Origin: Candidatus Bathyarchaeota archaeon
GTDB taxonomy: Archaea > Thermoproteota > Bathyarchaeia > Bathyarchaeales > Bathycorpusculaceae
Length of the DNA: 64,000 bases
Assembly: GCA_963832745.1 (NCBI GenBank)
Contig: CAWHVC010000002.1
Span: 384,001-448,000, forward strand
Direction: 5' to 3'
Below, one piece after another: positions 39,433 to 51,470 of the stretch (positions within the stretch are counted from its first letter, which is position 1; the number at the start of each line of letters is the position of its first letter). The notes under the pieces were generated by a model. That model saw nothing but the letters and a program-made list of their open reading frames with translations. It made no database searches and was not told the DNA's origin. The position numbers and the translations under genes are program-made.

Positions 39433-42400
39433 ATGAAGCTCTCAAAAGCAATCACAAAACTATTAATCAGCATGATACTCCTATCCTGCTTTGCAACCCT
39501 ATTTAACGCGAAACCTGTTGCTGCAACAGGCATGAACGGCACCATAGTTTTTAATCAAACAGGTTTAGCATCAGGTACAAGCTGGACAGTAAAAATCGGC
39601 GCAAGCAATTATACATCCACAGGCAGTTCCATTTCTCAAACATGGATTGCTGACGTCCCATACAATTGGCAAGTGTATGTACCTGTTGGATATACGTCAA
39701 GCTCAACATTATCTGGCACATTTGCACTAAATGTTATAGGGTCAAACGCTAAACATCAATGTAGCGTTCACTCCTTTACAAAACTATAATCTTACTTTCG
39801 TTGAAACCGGTTTAGCTTCAGGAACCACTTGGGGAGTCACTTTTAACGGCGCCCAATATTCCTCCTCAACCCCCGTTTTAACCATCACTGGTTGCGCCAA
39901 CGGAAGCTACCCGTACACAATCGATACTCCTAACGGTTACTTAATAGGCACACAAGCCTCAGCAAAATTAACTGTCGCAGGTTCGAGTGTTGTTAAACCA
40001 GTTACTTTTGCTTCATCATCCTCATCTGACTGGTACATGAGTCGACGTGACGTACTTCACTCGGGGTACGCAGACACAGCAGCACCACTTACTAACAACA
40101 CTTTATGGATAACCAGTCTAAATGAAATAACAACTTCTTCACCAGCCATCGTTAACGGCATCTTATACATCGGTACAGGAAACGGAACCATTTACGCTTT
40201 AGACACTGTGGATGGCTCAATAATTTGGGATTACGTTACTGGTGGAGCAGTTAAATCGTCTCCTGCTGTAGTTGATGGGGTTGTTTATGTTGCTTCTGAT
40301 GATCAGTACCTTTACGCGTTGGATGCCGATGATGGCAGTTACATTTGGAGTTATAACGTTGGCGGTTCAAGTTATAATACTTCTCCCACTGTAGTTGATG
40401 GTACTGTCTACTTTGGTGCAAGTAACAAAGTCTTTTCAATAAATGCTACCGATGGAAGCCTTAACTGGGAAAAAACACTGGAAGGCAGCTATTTTTTGGG
40501 GTCATCTCCTACTGTTGTTGACGGCGTTGTTTGCTTTGGCATGTATGAATCCCGCAGAGTTTTCCTTTTAAACGCAACCGACGGCTCAGAAATCTGGAAT
40601 TACTACACCTGGAGTCACGTCTGCAGTTCACCAACTATCGTAGACGGAGTTATCTACATTGGTAACAATGAAGGCAGATTATACGCCCTGAATGTGACAG
40701 CCACTGGAGACCCATACCTGTGGGATGTACATTTGGGGGGCAGCAGTGCACAATTCAGTTCATCACCTGCTTACTGCAATGGCGTCATTTACATAGGCGA
40801 CACAGAAGGAACAATGTACGCAAGAAATGCAACTGATGGCTCAGAAATCTGGACAACCCCTGCAGGCGTTTTCCTTTTCTCTTCTGCTGCAGTTGCAGAC
40901 GGCGTAGCCTACATAGGTTCAAATGATGAAAACATGTACGCTTTCAATGCTACCGATGGTACGCTACTCTGGACGTATACTACTGACGGCGCAATATGGT
41001 CATCCCCTGCTATTGTTGACGGAACAGTTTATGTTGCGTCAGGTGACGGCAAGGTATACGCATTCAATACCCAGACATCTACAGTTACATTTAATGAAAC
41101 AGGTTTGCCCTCTGGAACAAGTTGGACAGTTACTTTAGATGGCATCACAAAAACAAGTAATGATAATTCAATTGAATTTACAGACATTGCATACGGCACA
41201 TACGACTACACAATTAACACCCCAACAGGCTACATTGCATCTGTCACTTCAGGTTCAATCACTGTAAACGGAGCAGACACCCAGCAAACAGTAACTTATG
41301 CTGCAATACCCTATAATTGGTGGATGCTCGGAAATGGCGTAACCCATACTGGATACTCCAACTCTACTGGGCCATTAACAAATGACTTATTGTGGTCCAA
41401 ATCGATAGCAGATCTTGGAATGGATCTGTCTGGTTGCGCAACGCCTGTGGTGGCAGATGGTGTTCTCTATTTGAAGCTTTCAGGCACCATATTTGCTCTT
41501 GATGCATACAACAGCACCCTAATTAGAAGCTACGATTTAGGTTCCTCCTATTATTGTCCACAGTCACCCGCCGTAGTTGATGGCGTCTTATACGCTGGTA
41601 CAGGCGCCGGTGAAGTCCTCGCATTCAACACCACAACAGGCGACATCATTTGGACTTTTACAGCTGATGGAGGCATATTGAGTTCTCCTACAATTGAAAA
41701 CGGAGTACTCTACATAGGCGCAAATGACAACAACGTCTATGCTATAAATGCAACTACGGGCGATCAGCTTTGGGCATATCAAACTAATGAGCGCATCTAT
41801 TCTTCTCCTGCTGTTTCTAACGGAATTGTCGTAGTTGGCTCTAACAATGGAATACTCTATGCTTTAGATGCCCATACAGGTAGCCAAGTTTGGAATTATT
41901 CAACATCATATTCGGCTAACAACGAGGCACCCTGTATTGTAGACGGCGTAGTCTATGCAGGTCAATACTATAGCTCGGATGGTAATTTCTCTGCCTTGAA
42001 TCTAACGACGGGAGCAAAGATTTGGAGCATCAGTAAGTCTGTTTGGGGTTCAGTCGCCTTTGCTAATAGTATCTTGTACATCAACTCAAATGCTGACGGT
42101 TATACTTATGCTATAAACGCCACAACAGGCGCACAATTATGGTCGTATAACACTTTGGCACGATATCTATCGCCCATAGTTGCATATGATGTAGTGTACG
42201 TTCAGGGCTCAACCGACCTGTATGCTCTTAATTCGACAAACGGTGACTTAATCTGGTCTTATCCGCTTTTCAGCATGATGCCGGGCTCAAGTTCTCCAAT
42301 CATTGCTGACGGTATAGTCTACGCGTTCAATGATGACGGAATGGGTGGACCGATGACAAGTGGCACAATATATGCTTTCGGTGTTCCTAATCAGTACACT

Positions 42401-44874
42401 TTAACAATGAATACAGTCGGCCATGGTACTGTTATTCCAGGAAACCAAACCTCAGTTGATGCAGGAACAACCTTGAATTTAGTTGCTATTCCTGACGAAG
42501 GCTGGGTCTTCTCTGGTTGGAGCGGAGATGCTTCAGGTTCAACAAACACAACCATAACCATGACCAGTAACAAAACAGTCACTGCAACATTCACTGAGGT
42601 TATATCTGTAAACTTAACGATGCTTACAGCTGGTCAAGGTTCAGTCACACCCGGAAACGAAACTTACACTCTAGGAACCAGTGTAGACTTAAAAGCAATA
42701 CCAGCTGCCGGCTGGAGTTTCAGCGGATGGACTGGTGACGCTTCAGGCATAGAAAACACAACAATCACAATGACAGGCAACAAGACGGTCACTGCTACTT
42801 TCACACAGGATACTTACTACCTTACAATGATTACAGTTGGTAACGGAAGCGTGAATCCAGGCAACAACAGCTACGCCTCAGGCACAACTATAGACATTGA
42901 AGCAATTAATGAAGTAGGCTGGACATTTGACGGTTGGAGCGGCGCGGCAGAAGGTCTAAGCAACACCACAATCACTATGAATGCCAACAAAACAGTAACA
43001 GCAACATTCGCACAAAACAACTACAGATTAACCATGATTACCATAGGCACGGGCAGTGTCACACCGGGAAATCAAACAACTTACCATTATGGCGACAACG
43101 TAGACATTGCAGCAATAAGCACCACTCCATACGTTTTCAGCGGTTGGAGCGGTAGCACATCAGGCAACACCAACAAAACAATTACAATCACCGGAAACAT
43201 GACAGTAACAGCAACTTTCGTAATCAACAGCCATACAGTATATGTTAATCAAGGCAGCCACGGGACCATCACACCTGGAACAGCAACCGTAAATGACGGC
43301 GGAAGCCAAACATTCACGATATACCCAGACACCGGCTACCACATAGTTGACGTTATTGTTGACAGCTCATCAGTAGGTGCAGTAACTTCATACCAATTTA
43401 CTAACATGCAAGAAGACCACATCATAACTGCAACTTTCGCAGCAAATGAGTACACTTTAACAATCACTACAATAGGTAATGGTTCAGTAACCGCAACACC
43501 AGCAACCGCCACCTACCACTACGGCGACATAGTTCAACTAAACGCTATTCCCAACAACGGCTGGTCATTCAACGGCTGGAGCGGCGACACACAAGGCACA
43601 ACTAACACAACCATCACCATTGATGGCAACAAGAACATCATTGCAAACTTTACACAAAATAGTTACCAAATAAGCTTCACTTTGACAGGCGTCGACTCTA
43701 CAGGTGTAGTCTTGACAGTTGACGGAGTGGGCTATACAGTAGCAGATCTGCCCCAAACCTTCAATTGGCTCTATGGTTCAGTGCATACTTTCGTATTCAA
43801 TTCAACCTTGCCAGTAAGCAACGATGAACGGTACGTTTGGAATATAACCGGGGGCCTTTCAACACTTAAAGAAGGCACATTAACCGTAACAGGTGCAGGA
43901 ACAATTGCTGGAGCATATACCACCCAATATTTGCTTACAGTAGCAACAAGTAAAGGAAGCACATCTGGAAGTGGATGGTACAATTCTGGAACATCAGCAA
44001 CTGCAGCAGTAAGCCAATCAACAGTAACTTTAGGTACAGACACAAGATACATCTTTGACGGCTGGAGCGGCGACGCCTCAGGTACACAAGAATCAATCTC
44101 TGTAACAATGGATGAACCAAAAACTGTAACTGCAAACTGGGAAACTCAGTACCGTGTCACTGTAACTGCTAACCCAGCAAATGGCGGAGCAACAACACCT
44201 TCAACAGCAACTTGGATGCCGGCAGGAACCCTTGATATTTCCTGCACTCCAAACGCTGACTATCTATTTACTTCATGGAGCAAGCTCGACTGTACAAATA
44301 ACCCTAACTTCACCATCGTCAGCTTCAACAACTGCCACAAATCAATGGACCTGGCACAATAACGGCGAACTTCAACCAAACAACACAAGTCTTTACCTCA
44401 AACCCTGATGGTAAAACAGAAGAATTAAAGCTGAAAGGAAACATTACGGCTTCTCAATTAACTAACCCAAGAATAGCCTCGATTCTAGCCTTACCACGAA
44501 AATAATGTTCACTGCTACACGGTCCAAGTGGAACAGTTGGATTTACCAACATAACAATCGCAAAGTCATCTGTTGCATACGGCACTAAACCCGTAGTCTA
44601 CATAGACGGCGAAAAGGCAGCTGACCAAGGCTACACGCAAGACAAAGACAACTATTACGTTTGGTTTACAACACACTTCAGTAAACACGAAATATACATA
44701 GAATTCACTTCAGACCAAGTCCAGCCAACAGTTCAGCCAACAGAAACATCAACACAGCCTCCTGCAACAAACGACTTCACCTTGCCAGCAGTCATCGCCG
44801 TAATAATCCTCTTTGCGGTCCTGATTGGTTTATTTATTCAACGGCGAATACACCAAAACCCCGCAAGTCAATAA
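39433..44874 (+). CDS. giant cell-surface protein: ETGL-type beta repeats, two PQQ-like beta-propellers, InlB B-like repeats, C-terminal anchor (several frameshifts)
   Basis: Signal peptide at 39433; SSPAV.DG.VY...YAL.A..G..IW repeats; GW.FSGWSGD repeats; pieces join across indels near 39746, 44279, 44340 and 44480-44520 to a TM plus RR tail ending at 44874. Confidence 0.8.
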
Positions 44875-44973
44875 GCTTGCAAAATTTTTTCTTTTTTATT
44901 CATTTATTTTTTTTAAGGTTAATTAAGTTGGTTTGACTTTTAACCAAAAACATTACGTTGAGGAAATTGTTGT

Positions 44974-45756
44974 ATGTCAAAAGCTAAAGTCGGCGTTTCT
45001 ATGCTCTACAGTTTGGGCGAACCCTTCAACCGCATGGTTAAAAAATTAAGCAACCAAGGCACAAAATACATTGAAGTTTTAGATGACGGGGCACATGAAC
45101 TTGATAAAAAACGCGTTAATCTCCTTAAAGAAGCGGCTAAAAGCTACGATTTAGAATACACAGTTCATGCACCGTTTGCTGACATAAACATTGCCTCCCC
45201 TTCAAGACCAATTCTTGATGCATCCATGAAACGCCTTGTCCAATCTCTTGATTTTGCCCGCGATTTAGATGCTAAACTTTGGGTTTTCCATCCAGGTGCA
45301 AGAACAGGAATAACCCAATTCTATCCTGGCTCAGAATGGAAACAAAACATGCAAAGCATACAGGAACTATACGCCGAAGCTGAACAACTCGGCATAAGCA
45401 TAGCCATAGAAAATTTGCCAGCCAAATATTGGTTCTTAATGAAAAGCCCCGAAGACTTCCGCAGATTCTACAAGGAAACCGCGTTGCCCATCGGCATCGT
45501 TTTAGATTTGGGACACGCTCATCTTGAAAGCCAAATACAACCATTTTTCAACCAACTCGCAGACAAAATAATTCATATCCACGCCAGCGACAACCAAGGC
45601 GTCGATGATGACCACCTTGGCGTTGGATACGGCACAATTGATTACCAATGGTTTGCTGAAACCCTAAAGAAACTAGATTACGACCAACGCGTAGTTATCG
45701 AATCCTGCGAACACGTGCCTGAAAGTTTACAGAAACTTAAGGCGTTACTGAATTAG
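44974..45756 (+). CDS. sugar phosphate isomerase/epimerase (xylose isomerase-like TIM barrel)
   Basis: VHAPFADIN, FHPG, IEN, LDLGHAH, HASDN, DHL, VIE. Confidence 0.88.
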   Translation: MSKAKVGVSMLYSLGEPFNRMVKKLSNQGTKYIEVLDDGAHELDKKRVNLLKEAAKSYDLEYTVHAPFADINIASPSRPILDASMKRLVQSLDFARDLDAKLWVFHPGARTGITQFYPGSEWKQNMQSIQELYAEAEQLGISIAIENLPAKYWFLMKSPEDFRRFYKETALPIGIVLDLGHAHLESQIQPFFNQLADKIIHIHASDNQGVDDDHLGVGYGTIDYQWFAETLKKLDYDQRVVIESCEHVPESLQKLKALLN

Positions 45757-46675
45757 CCTCATTAAGCGGCAATTCTAACGCCAAAAGGTCCTCTGCCAGC
45801 ACTGTGTTCTCAAAAACCTTTTTCGCCTGCTCCAGTAGTAATCCTGCATCAGGATACCTTGCGCTAATATGCGTTAAAACAAGCATTTTGGCGCCTGCCG
45901 CTTTAGCTTGCCCCGCTGCCTGCGAAGGCGTTGAATGCCCATCAACAACTGCTTTTTCAGCCAAGGAATCATCAAATGTGCATTCATGAATAATCACGTC
46001 TGCGCATTCCGCGAAATCTGCAAAGGCTTCAAAAGGTCGTGTGTCACCTGTGTAAACGATTTTCCTTCCCTGCCGCATTGGGCCCATCACGTCACCAGGC
46101 TTAACTGCCTTGCCTTCGGGTAACGTTATGGCTTCACCGTTTTGGAGTTTAGACCATAACTCGCCTTTTGGGACGCCAAGTGAAGCGGCTTTTTTAGGGA
46201 AAAACTTTCCAGGACGGGGTTTCTCTTCAAACACGTAACTATAACTCTCTGTTGTATGATTTGATTTCACTGCTTCCACTATGTATTCTTCTTCCTCAAC
46301 GATAACACCAGGCTTCACAATTTCGTTAATATCAACTTGATAAGTTAACCCAAATCTTAGCGTCTGCTGACAGCAAACCAAAAAATCCTTAATCCCCAAT
46401 GGACCATAGATTTGAAGTGGCTCTTTTCTATCCATCAACGCCATAGTCTGCAATACACCCGGCAAACCCAACACGTGGTCACCATGCAGATGAGTAAGGA
46501 AGATTTTGGTTTTTTTGTGAAAACTGATTTTTGAAGCCATCATTTGTCGTTGTGTGTTTTCTCCGCAGTCAAACATCCACTGCTCAGTTGGGCACTGTAA
46601 CATGGTGGCTGGTAAGCTGCGTTTTAGGGTTGGTACTGCTGCGCTTGTTCCAAGAAATATTATTCGCATGCTCAA
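45737..46675 (-). CDS. rnz: ribonuclease Z
   Basis: FLGTSAAVPT, DCGE, THLHGDH, YTGDT, HECTF, HST, THISARY. Confidence 0.95.
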   Translation of the reverse strand: MSMRIIFLGTSAAVPTLKRSLPATMLQCPTEQWMFDCGENTQRQMMASKISFHKKTKIFLTHLHGDHVLGLPGVLQTMALMDRKEPLQIYGPLGIKDFLVCCQQTLRFGLTYQVDINEIVKPGVIVEEEEYIVEAVKSNHTTESYSYVFEEKPRPGKFFPKKAASLGVPKGELWSKLQNGEAITLPEGKAVKPGDVMGPMRQGRKIVYTGDTRPFEAFADFAECADVIIHECTFDDSLAEKAVVDGHSTPSQAAGQAKAAGAKMLVLTHISARYPDAGLLLEQAKKVFENTVLAEDLLALELPLNEANSVTP

Positions 46676-47721
46676 GTTTTTGGCACCTTCTCAAACACTG
46701 CTACTTCCCTTGTTAGGGTGCTGTGTACATAAGCGAAATGTGATTCAATATGCTTAAACCCAATAGATACACCGATTGCTTTAATGTTTAATGTTTTAGG
46801 TGAAGCTATACAGATGCGGTGACCATCCGGCAGTAAGTTGTAGGCAGATTCTAGAACTTGCTGAACAAGTTCTCTTGTCGTAGATTTAAGTGTGCTGGCA
46901 GAGCGTCCATACGGTGGATCGGTTACCATGCAGTCAACTTTGTAAAAGGGCAGTTTCCGAGCGTCAGCCATAATCAGTCCCTCAGCGTCAATATTAAAGA
47001 ACCGAAGGTTTCTCCGGCAACCTAAAACCATCTTTTTCGCTGCGTCAACTCCCAACGCGTGGCATCCGATGTAGGTAGCTTCGATTAAAGAACTGCCTGT
47101 GCCACAAAACGGATCCAGCATTGTTCCCTCTACTTTGGCGTGTGCCAAATTCACCATGCACCTTGCAAGTTTGGATGGCATTGCGGATGGGTGAAAGAAG
47201 GGTTTTTTGCGTGGACGCCGCTCTGAAAAAGTTTTGCTGCTGATTTCAGTGAGTTTTAAACCTAAGACAAGTTTTTCGTCTGTAATTATTCCGATGAAGG
47301 TTTTGTCAGGGTGCTTTAGGTTTACCTTGGCTTCGGGGGCTAATTTGAGGATTTGGCGTCCCAATCTAATTTCAAGCTCCATCGTGTTAATAGCTTGGTC
47401 AGCATAATTTTTTATGCGATTTATTCTTACAACAAAGCTTTCTCCAGGTTTAAGGACGCTTTTGAAGTCTGTTTCTTGGGCGGCTTTAGCGATGTCTTCA
47501 TGGTTTGCGTTTGAAACAAAAAGTTCCTTTGCACACAGTCGCGTGAAGGCAGATCGCACTGGAATTACTTTTACGCTTTCCTCAGCAGCTTCAAGCCGCA
47601 AAACTTGATCCATTAACTCGGTGATGGTATAAGGGTAACCTTCTGTTTCAAGGATTGCTTTTGCTTCCGACGCTGGCATAGTCGGGTTTTCGCCAGAAAG
47701 CAAAAAGAAAAGTTTAGGCAC
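46672..47721 (-). CDS. tRNA (guanine-N2)-methyltransferase, Trm11/TrmG10 type (THUMP + methyltransferase)
   Basis: LSGEN, PFFHP.M..KLAR.MVNL, LDPFCGTG, TDPPYGRS, VH.TLTR. Confidence 0.9.
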   Translation of the reverse strand: MPKLFFLLSGENPTMPASEAKAILETEGYPYTITELMDQVLRLEAAEESVKVIPVRSAFTRLCAKELFVSNANHEDIAKAAQETDFKSVLKPGESFVVRINRIKNYADQAINTMELEIRLGRQILKLAPEAKVNLKHPDKTFIGIITDEKLVLGLKLTEISSKTFSERRPRKKPFFHPSAMPSKLARCMVNLAHAKVEGTMLDPFCGTGSSLIEATYIGCHALGVDAAKKMVLGCRRNLRFFNIDAEGLIMADARKLPFYKVDCMVTDPPYGRSASTLKSTTRELVQQVLESAYNLLPDGHRICIASPKTLNIKAIGVSIGFKHIESHFAYVHSTLTREVAVFEKVPKT

Positions 47722-47722
47722 T

Positions 47723-48604
47723 CTAATTTGCGCCTTTAAGCTGTTTGCTAATTAACGGTGCCAAGCTGACTTTGCTGTAAGGACCTGGAACGCTGTCTGT
47801 TCCAATGATTTCTTCAACACCGGCATCCAAAATGCGTTTGGCAGCATCACCAATAAGCAATGGATGAACACAAGCAGTAAAGACCCGTTTCGCGCCAAGG
47901 TCTTTTAGAATTTTTGCTGCACCAACAATTGTGCCGCCGGTACTAATAATATCATCAAAAATTATTACAGTTTGACCTTTTACGTCTAAGCCCTCGCCTG
48001 TCTGTGTAGTTTGTCCCGTGTAACGGTCTCGAACTTTATCGAGATGTCCAGCGTCTCCTCCTAAAACTTGTTGGGCTTCTTGCGCAATGTACATGGCACC
48101 CTTGTCTGGCGAGAGTGCGTAGGCTTTTTTGTAGCCTTTCTCCACAAAGTACTGTGCCAAAAGGGAAATGGCGCTTGCAGTTTGCGCTGGGAAAGGAAAC
48201 TTTGCTAATGCAGGTTCCGAGTGAATGTTTACAGTTAACATGCTGTTTATTCCTGAGGCTCCAAGCATCCGCGCAATGGTTTCAATGCTTATACCTTCTC
48301 CTGAAAGAAACATCTTATCCTGCCTAGCATATGCCAAGTAAGGTACCACAGCTGTGACTTTCTTTGCTCCTGCACGTTTAGCGGCGTCAGCCATAAAAGC
48401 TAACTGAAAAAGCCTGCTATCCTGTCCAGGCGGACAAGTGGTTTGAATGATTGCGACGTCTTCGCCCGAAACATTGCCGTCTAACCGGACGTATGATTCG
48501 CCGTCTGGAAAAATCTTTGACACTACCTGAACGTTTGGATAGCCTGTAATGTTTGAAACGCTTTCAGCAAGCTCTTTTGAAGCTGGACCTGAGATAATCT
48601 TCAT
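47723..48604 (-). CDS. prs: ribose-phosphate pyrophosphokinase
   Basis: FPDGESYVR, PYLAYARQD, SPDKGA, DDIISTGGT; GAGGT RBS before ATG 48604. Confidence 0.95.
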   Translation of the reverse strand: MKIISGPASKELAESVSNITGYPNVQVVSKIFPDGESYVRLDGNVSGEDVAIIQTTCPPGQDSRLFQLAFMADAAKRAGAKKVTAVVPYLAYARQDKMFLSGEGISIETIARMLGASGINSMLTVNIHSEPALAKFPFPAQTASAISLLAQYFVEKGYKKAYALSPDKGAMYIAQEAQQVLGGDAGHLDKVRDRYTGQTTQTGEGLDVKGQTVIIFDDIISTGGTIVGAAKILKDLGAKRVFTACVHPLLIGDAAKRILDAGVEEIIGTDSVPGPYSKVSLAPLISKQLKGAN

Positions 48605-48969
48605 GAATATTTTACCTCTTGCCATTGTAAAAATGCAGCTTGTAGCTTTAAGGCTTTATCTTGCAGGCTTTTGATTTAATGATTTGCCTATTTGTTGCCC
48701 CTTTGGTTGCCGCCAAATTCGTATGTTCACTTTTAACAACTTTTTTATGATGCATTTCCCATTTACCAAACAACTCGTCGGCGATTGATCAGTTGATGAT
48801 TAAATATGCGGTTACATGTATTTGTGAAAGACTGTATAAAGATGTTCAAAAGGAATATGGACCTGAAAAAACAGGGTAGCATTTTCACTTTAACTTGCCC
48901 CTCCCCTGACGTAAACTGTCTCTTTTTCGCTTGTTTTAAATACACCTGACTATACATCAATCATAAAGT

Positions 48970-50007
48970 GTGAAGTTAATGCCCGAAGACACAGACCAAA
49001 CGCAAGAAGAAACTGAAGAAAAAACAACAGAAAAATATGAGTTCATAGAAGACCTTCCAGGAGTTGGACCAGCAACCGCTCAGAAACTCCGTGAACTCGG
49101 ATACCACACAGTAGAATCCCTTGCAATGGCCACAATCAGGGAACTTGAACCTGTAGGCGTCAGCGAGAAAAAAGCGTCGCAAGTAATACAGGCAGCCCGT
49201 TCATCCGTGGGAGTATCATTTATTCGTGCTGACCAATTACTAAAACAACGCCAAAATGTTGCACGCTTAACCACAGGAAGCAAAGCTCTTGACAAAATTG
49301 TCGATGGCGGTTTAGAAACCCAAACCATCTCAGAATTTTACGGTGAATATGGAAGTGGGAAAAGCCAAGTGTGTCATCAATTATGCGTAAACGTTCAGTT
49401 ACCAATTGAAAAAGGTGGACTCAACGGCGGCGCTTTATATATTGATACAGAGAACACTTTCCGGCTTGAACGTATTGTCCAAATGGCTAACCACTTAAAT
49501 CTTGACCCTGAACAAGTTGTAAAGAATATTATTTACGCTGAAGCCTACACTTCCGACCATCAAATGTTTTTGTTAGAAAACGCTGACGAAATAATTAAGG
49601 CAAATAACATCAAACTAATCATTGTTGACTCGTTAACTGCGCACTTCCGTAGTGAATACATAGGCAGAGAAATGCTTGCCAGTCGCCAGCAGAGACTAAA
49701 CAAGCATATGCATAAACTCACCGCTTTAGCCCGCGCATTTAACGCAGTGGCAGTTGTAACCAATCAGGTTATGGCAAAGCCTGACCAGTTCTTCGGTGAC
49801 GCCATTCACCCCATCGGCGGCAACATTGTCGGTCATACCAGCCAAACACGACTTTATCTACGCCGTGCTTCTCATGGTCCAATACGTATTGCACGGCTTG
49901 TTTCGAGTCCTTATCTGCCTGAAGGGGAGGAAATCCTTAAAGTTACCGAAAACGGAATAGAAGATGTCTCTGAAGAAGAGAAAGCAACTAAACCCCGTGG
50001 TCGCTAA
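48970..50007 (+). CDS. radA: DNA repair and recombination protein RadA
   Basis: N-terminal HhH, GEYGSGKS, IDTENTFR, IVDS, TNQV; no intein. Confidence 0.97.
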   Translation: MKLMPEDTDQTQEETEEKTTEKYEFIEDLPGVGPATAQKLRELGYHTVESLAMATIRELEPVGVSEKKASQVIQAARSSVGVSFIRADQLLKQRQNVARLTTGSKALDKIVDGGLETQTISEFYGEYGSGKSQVCHQLCVNVQLPIEKGGLNGGALYIDTENTFRLERIVQMANHLNLDPEQVVKNIIYAEAYTSDHQMFLLENADEIIKANNIKLIIVDSLTAHFRSEYIGREMLASRQQRLNKHMHKLTALARAFNAVAVVTNQVMAKPDQFFGDAIHPIGGNIVGHTSQTRLYLRRASHGPIRIARLVSSPYLPEGEEILKVTENGIEDVSEEEKATKPRGR

Positions 50008-50009
50008 GT

Positions 50010-50543
50010 ATGCCTATACCTCAAGCCTTAGTAACTCGTTATTTCCAGTTAATCGTTAGTAGGCAATTCACTGAAGCTGAACGCGAGCTGGAAAGAGTAA
50101 AACAAAAACTGCAAAAAACCGAATGGAACAGAGGCTACTTCCGTGCATTATACGGAATGTATCTTTCAAGAAAAAACACTAACGACAATTACGCTTTTTT
50201 TTCAAGGTTGGATTTAAGCGACAAAGTAACTCTTCACACTTACAGGCGAGAATTTCTTGATAATATGCGCAGTGGGCTCCATGGTGATTTTGACCGAGGC
50301 TACTTTTCCGCTTGGGCGGACTGTATGCGAATTTTAACCCGTATGGATGTTCCTGGTCCTGTAAATGCAGTAAAAGCGGTGCCAGAAGACGAATCTATTG
50401 AAACTGTTCGTAGCGACAAAAGTCAAGCTACAATGGCTAACTTTTTTAACGGTGACAAAAAAGTTCCTGCTAAGGCAAAAAAGCAAACGGTTTCTCCCGA
50501 AGCTACAGTTGAAACCGTTGAAGAAATACCTAAAAAAGAATAA
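50010..50543 (+). CDS. hypothetical helical protein coupled to radA
   Basis: Starts 2 bp after the radA stop; internal repeat WNRGYFRAL / FDRGYFSAW. Confidence 0.75.
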   Translation: MPIPQALVTRYFQLIVSRQFTEAERELERVKQKLQKTEWNRGYFRALYGMYLSRKNTNDNYAFFSRLDLSDKVTLHTYRREFLDNMRSGLHGDFDRGYFSAWADCMRILTRMDVPGPVNAVKAVPEDESIETVRSDKSQATMANFFNGDKKVPAKAKKQTVSPEATVETVEEIPKKE

Positions 50544-50561
50544 AATTATTTTTTTTAAATT

Positions 50562-50873
50562 TTAGAATGTTCCGCCTGTGGCTACAAAGATTATTGTATA
50601 GAATAGCACGTAGAATGCTATCCATGAGAAGAAGTACATGCCTATGCCTGTCATTGTTATTTTTGAGGGTTGTTCAACTTTATTTTGGAATTTCATTTTG
50701 ATTATGCGGAATGATATTAAGTAGATTAATAACGTTAACGAGATTGCGTAAAGCAGAATGCTTATTCCTTCCATGTTTGTGGATTCTAAAAATCTTGATA
50801 AGATTGCACTTAATGCCGCTGCGGTAATTCCTAACGCCAATCTTAGCCAGTAAATTATTATGAGTGGCTTCAT
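50562..50873 (-). CDS. three-TM membrane protein, EMC6/Rab5ip-like
   Basis: YWLR..LG, three TMs, C-terminal TGIG.YFF.W..FYVLFYT. Confidence 0.55.
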   Translation of the reverse strand: MKPLIIIYWLRLALGITAAALSAILSRFLESTNMEGISILLYAISLTLLIYLISFRIIKMKFQNKVEQPSKITMTGIGMYFFSWIAFYVLFYTIIFVATGGTF

Positions 50874-51088
50874 TTTCCTTTTTTCCTCTTGTCTTGAAAT
50901 AATCTATCCCTATTAAAAAGGTGCCTTCTATAAATGATTTCTCTATGAGAAACAATGTTTATTGTTTTTTGTTCTCCTTTGTGACCATTGTGAATACTGA
51001 TTTGGGTTTCATAACCGATTTATTTTCTGAAACCCCCTACAATTATATCTCTTGGGTTAGAGGCAACATACAAACGAGGAGCAGAATA

Positions 51089-51406
51089 ATGGCCTGTATT
51101 GAATTTAAGCAAGTGTTACTTGAAGTTATAGGTGAAACTTTCTCTTCTCTGGGTGATTCTCCTAAACAATCAATTGAGTATCATTTAGAAAACACGTTTA
51201 ATCTTAAAGTATCTCAGTACCCTGATGATGTTGCTGCTTTTGATAGGGCATTGAAAAATATTTTTGGGCCGGGCGCTATTTTGCTTGAAACCCTTATTTT
51301 GAATAGGCTTAACGAAAAAGCTGTGCATATTCAGGATGAGGGTGTTAAGCAGGATTTTTATGCTGACATCAGGCGTTTAAATGATTTATGGCAAAATAAT
51401 ACTTAA
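51089..51406 (+). CDS. small helical protein (DUF3227-like)
   Basis: E.I.ETFSSLG....I.YHLE...F..AL..IFG.GA..LE..I; GAGGAG RBS before ATG 51089. Confidence 0.65.
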   Translation: MACIEFKQVLLEVIGETFSSLGDSPKQSIEYHLENTFNLKVSQYPDDVAAFDRALKNIFGPGAILLETLILNRLNEKAVHIQDEGVKQDFYADIRRLNDLWQNNT

Positions 51407-51470
51407 CGGATAAAGCTTATTTTATACGCCCATAAACTGTATATGCTTCTCAGTTAATGGTGCATTTGGG

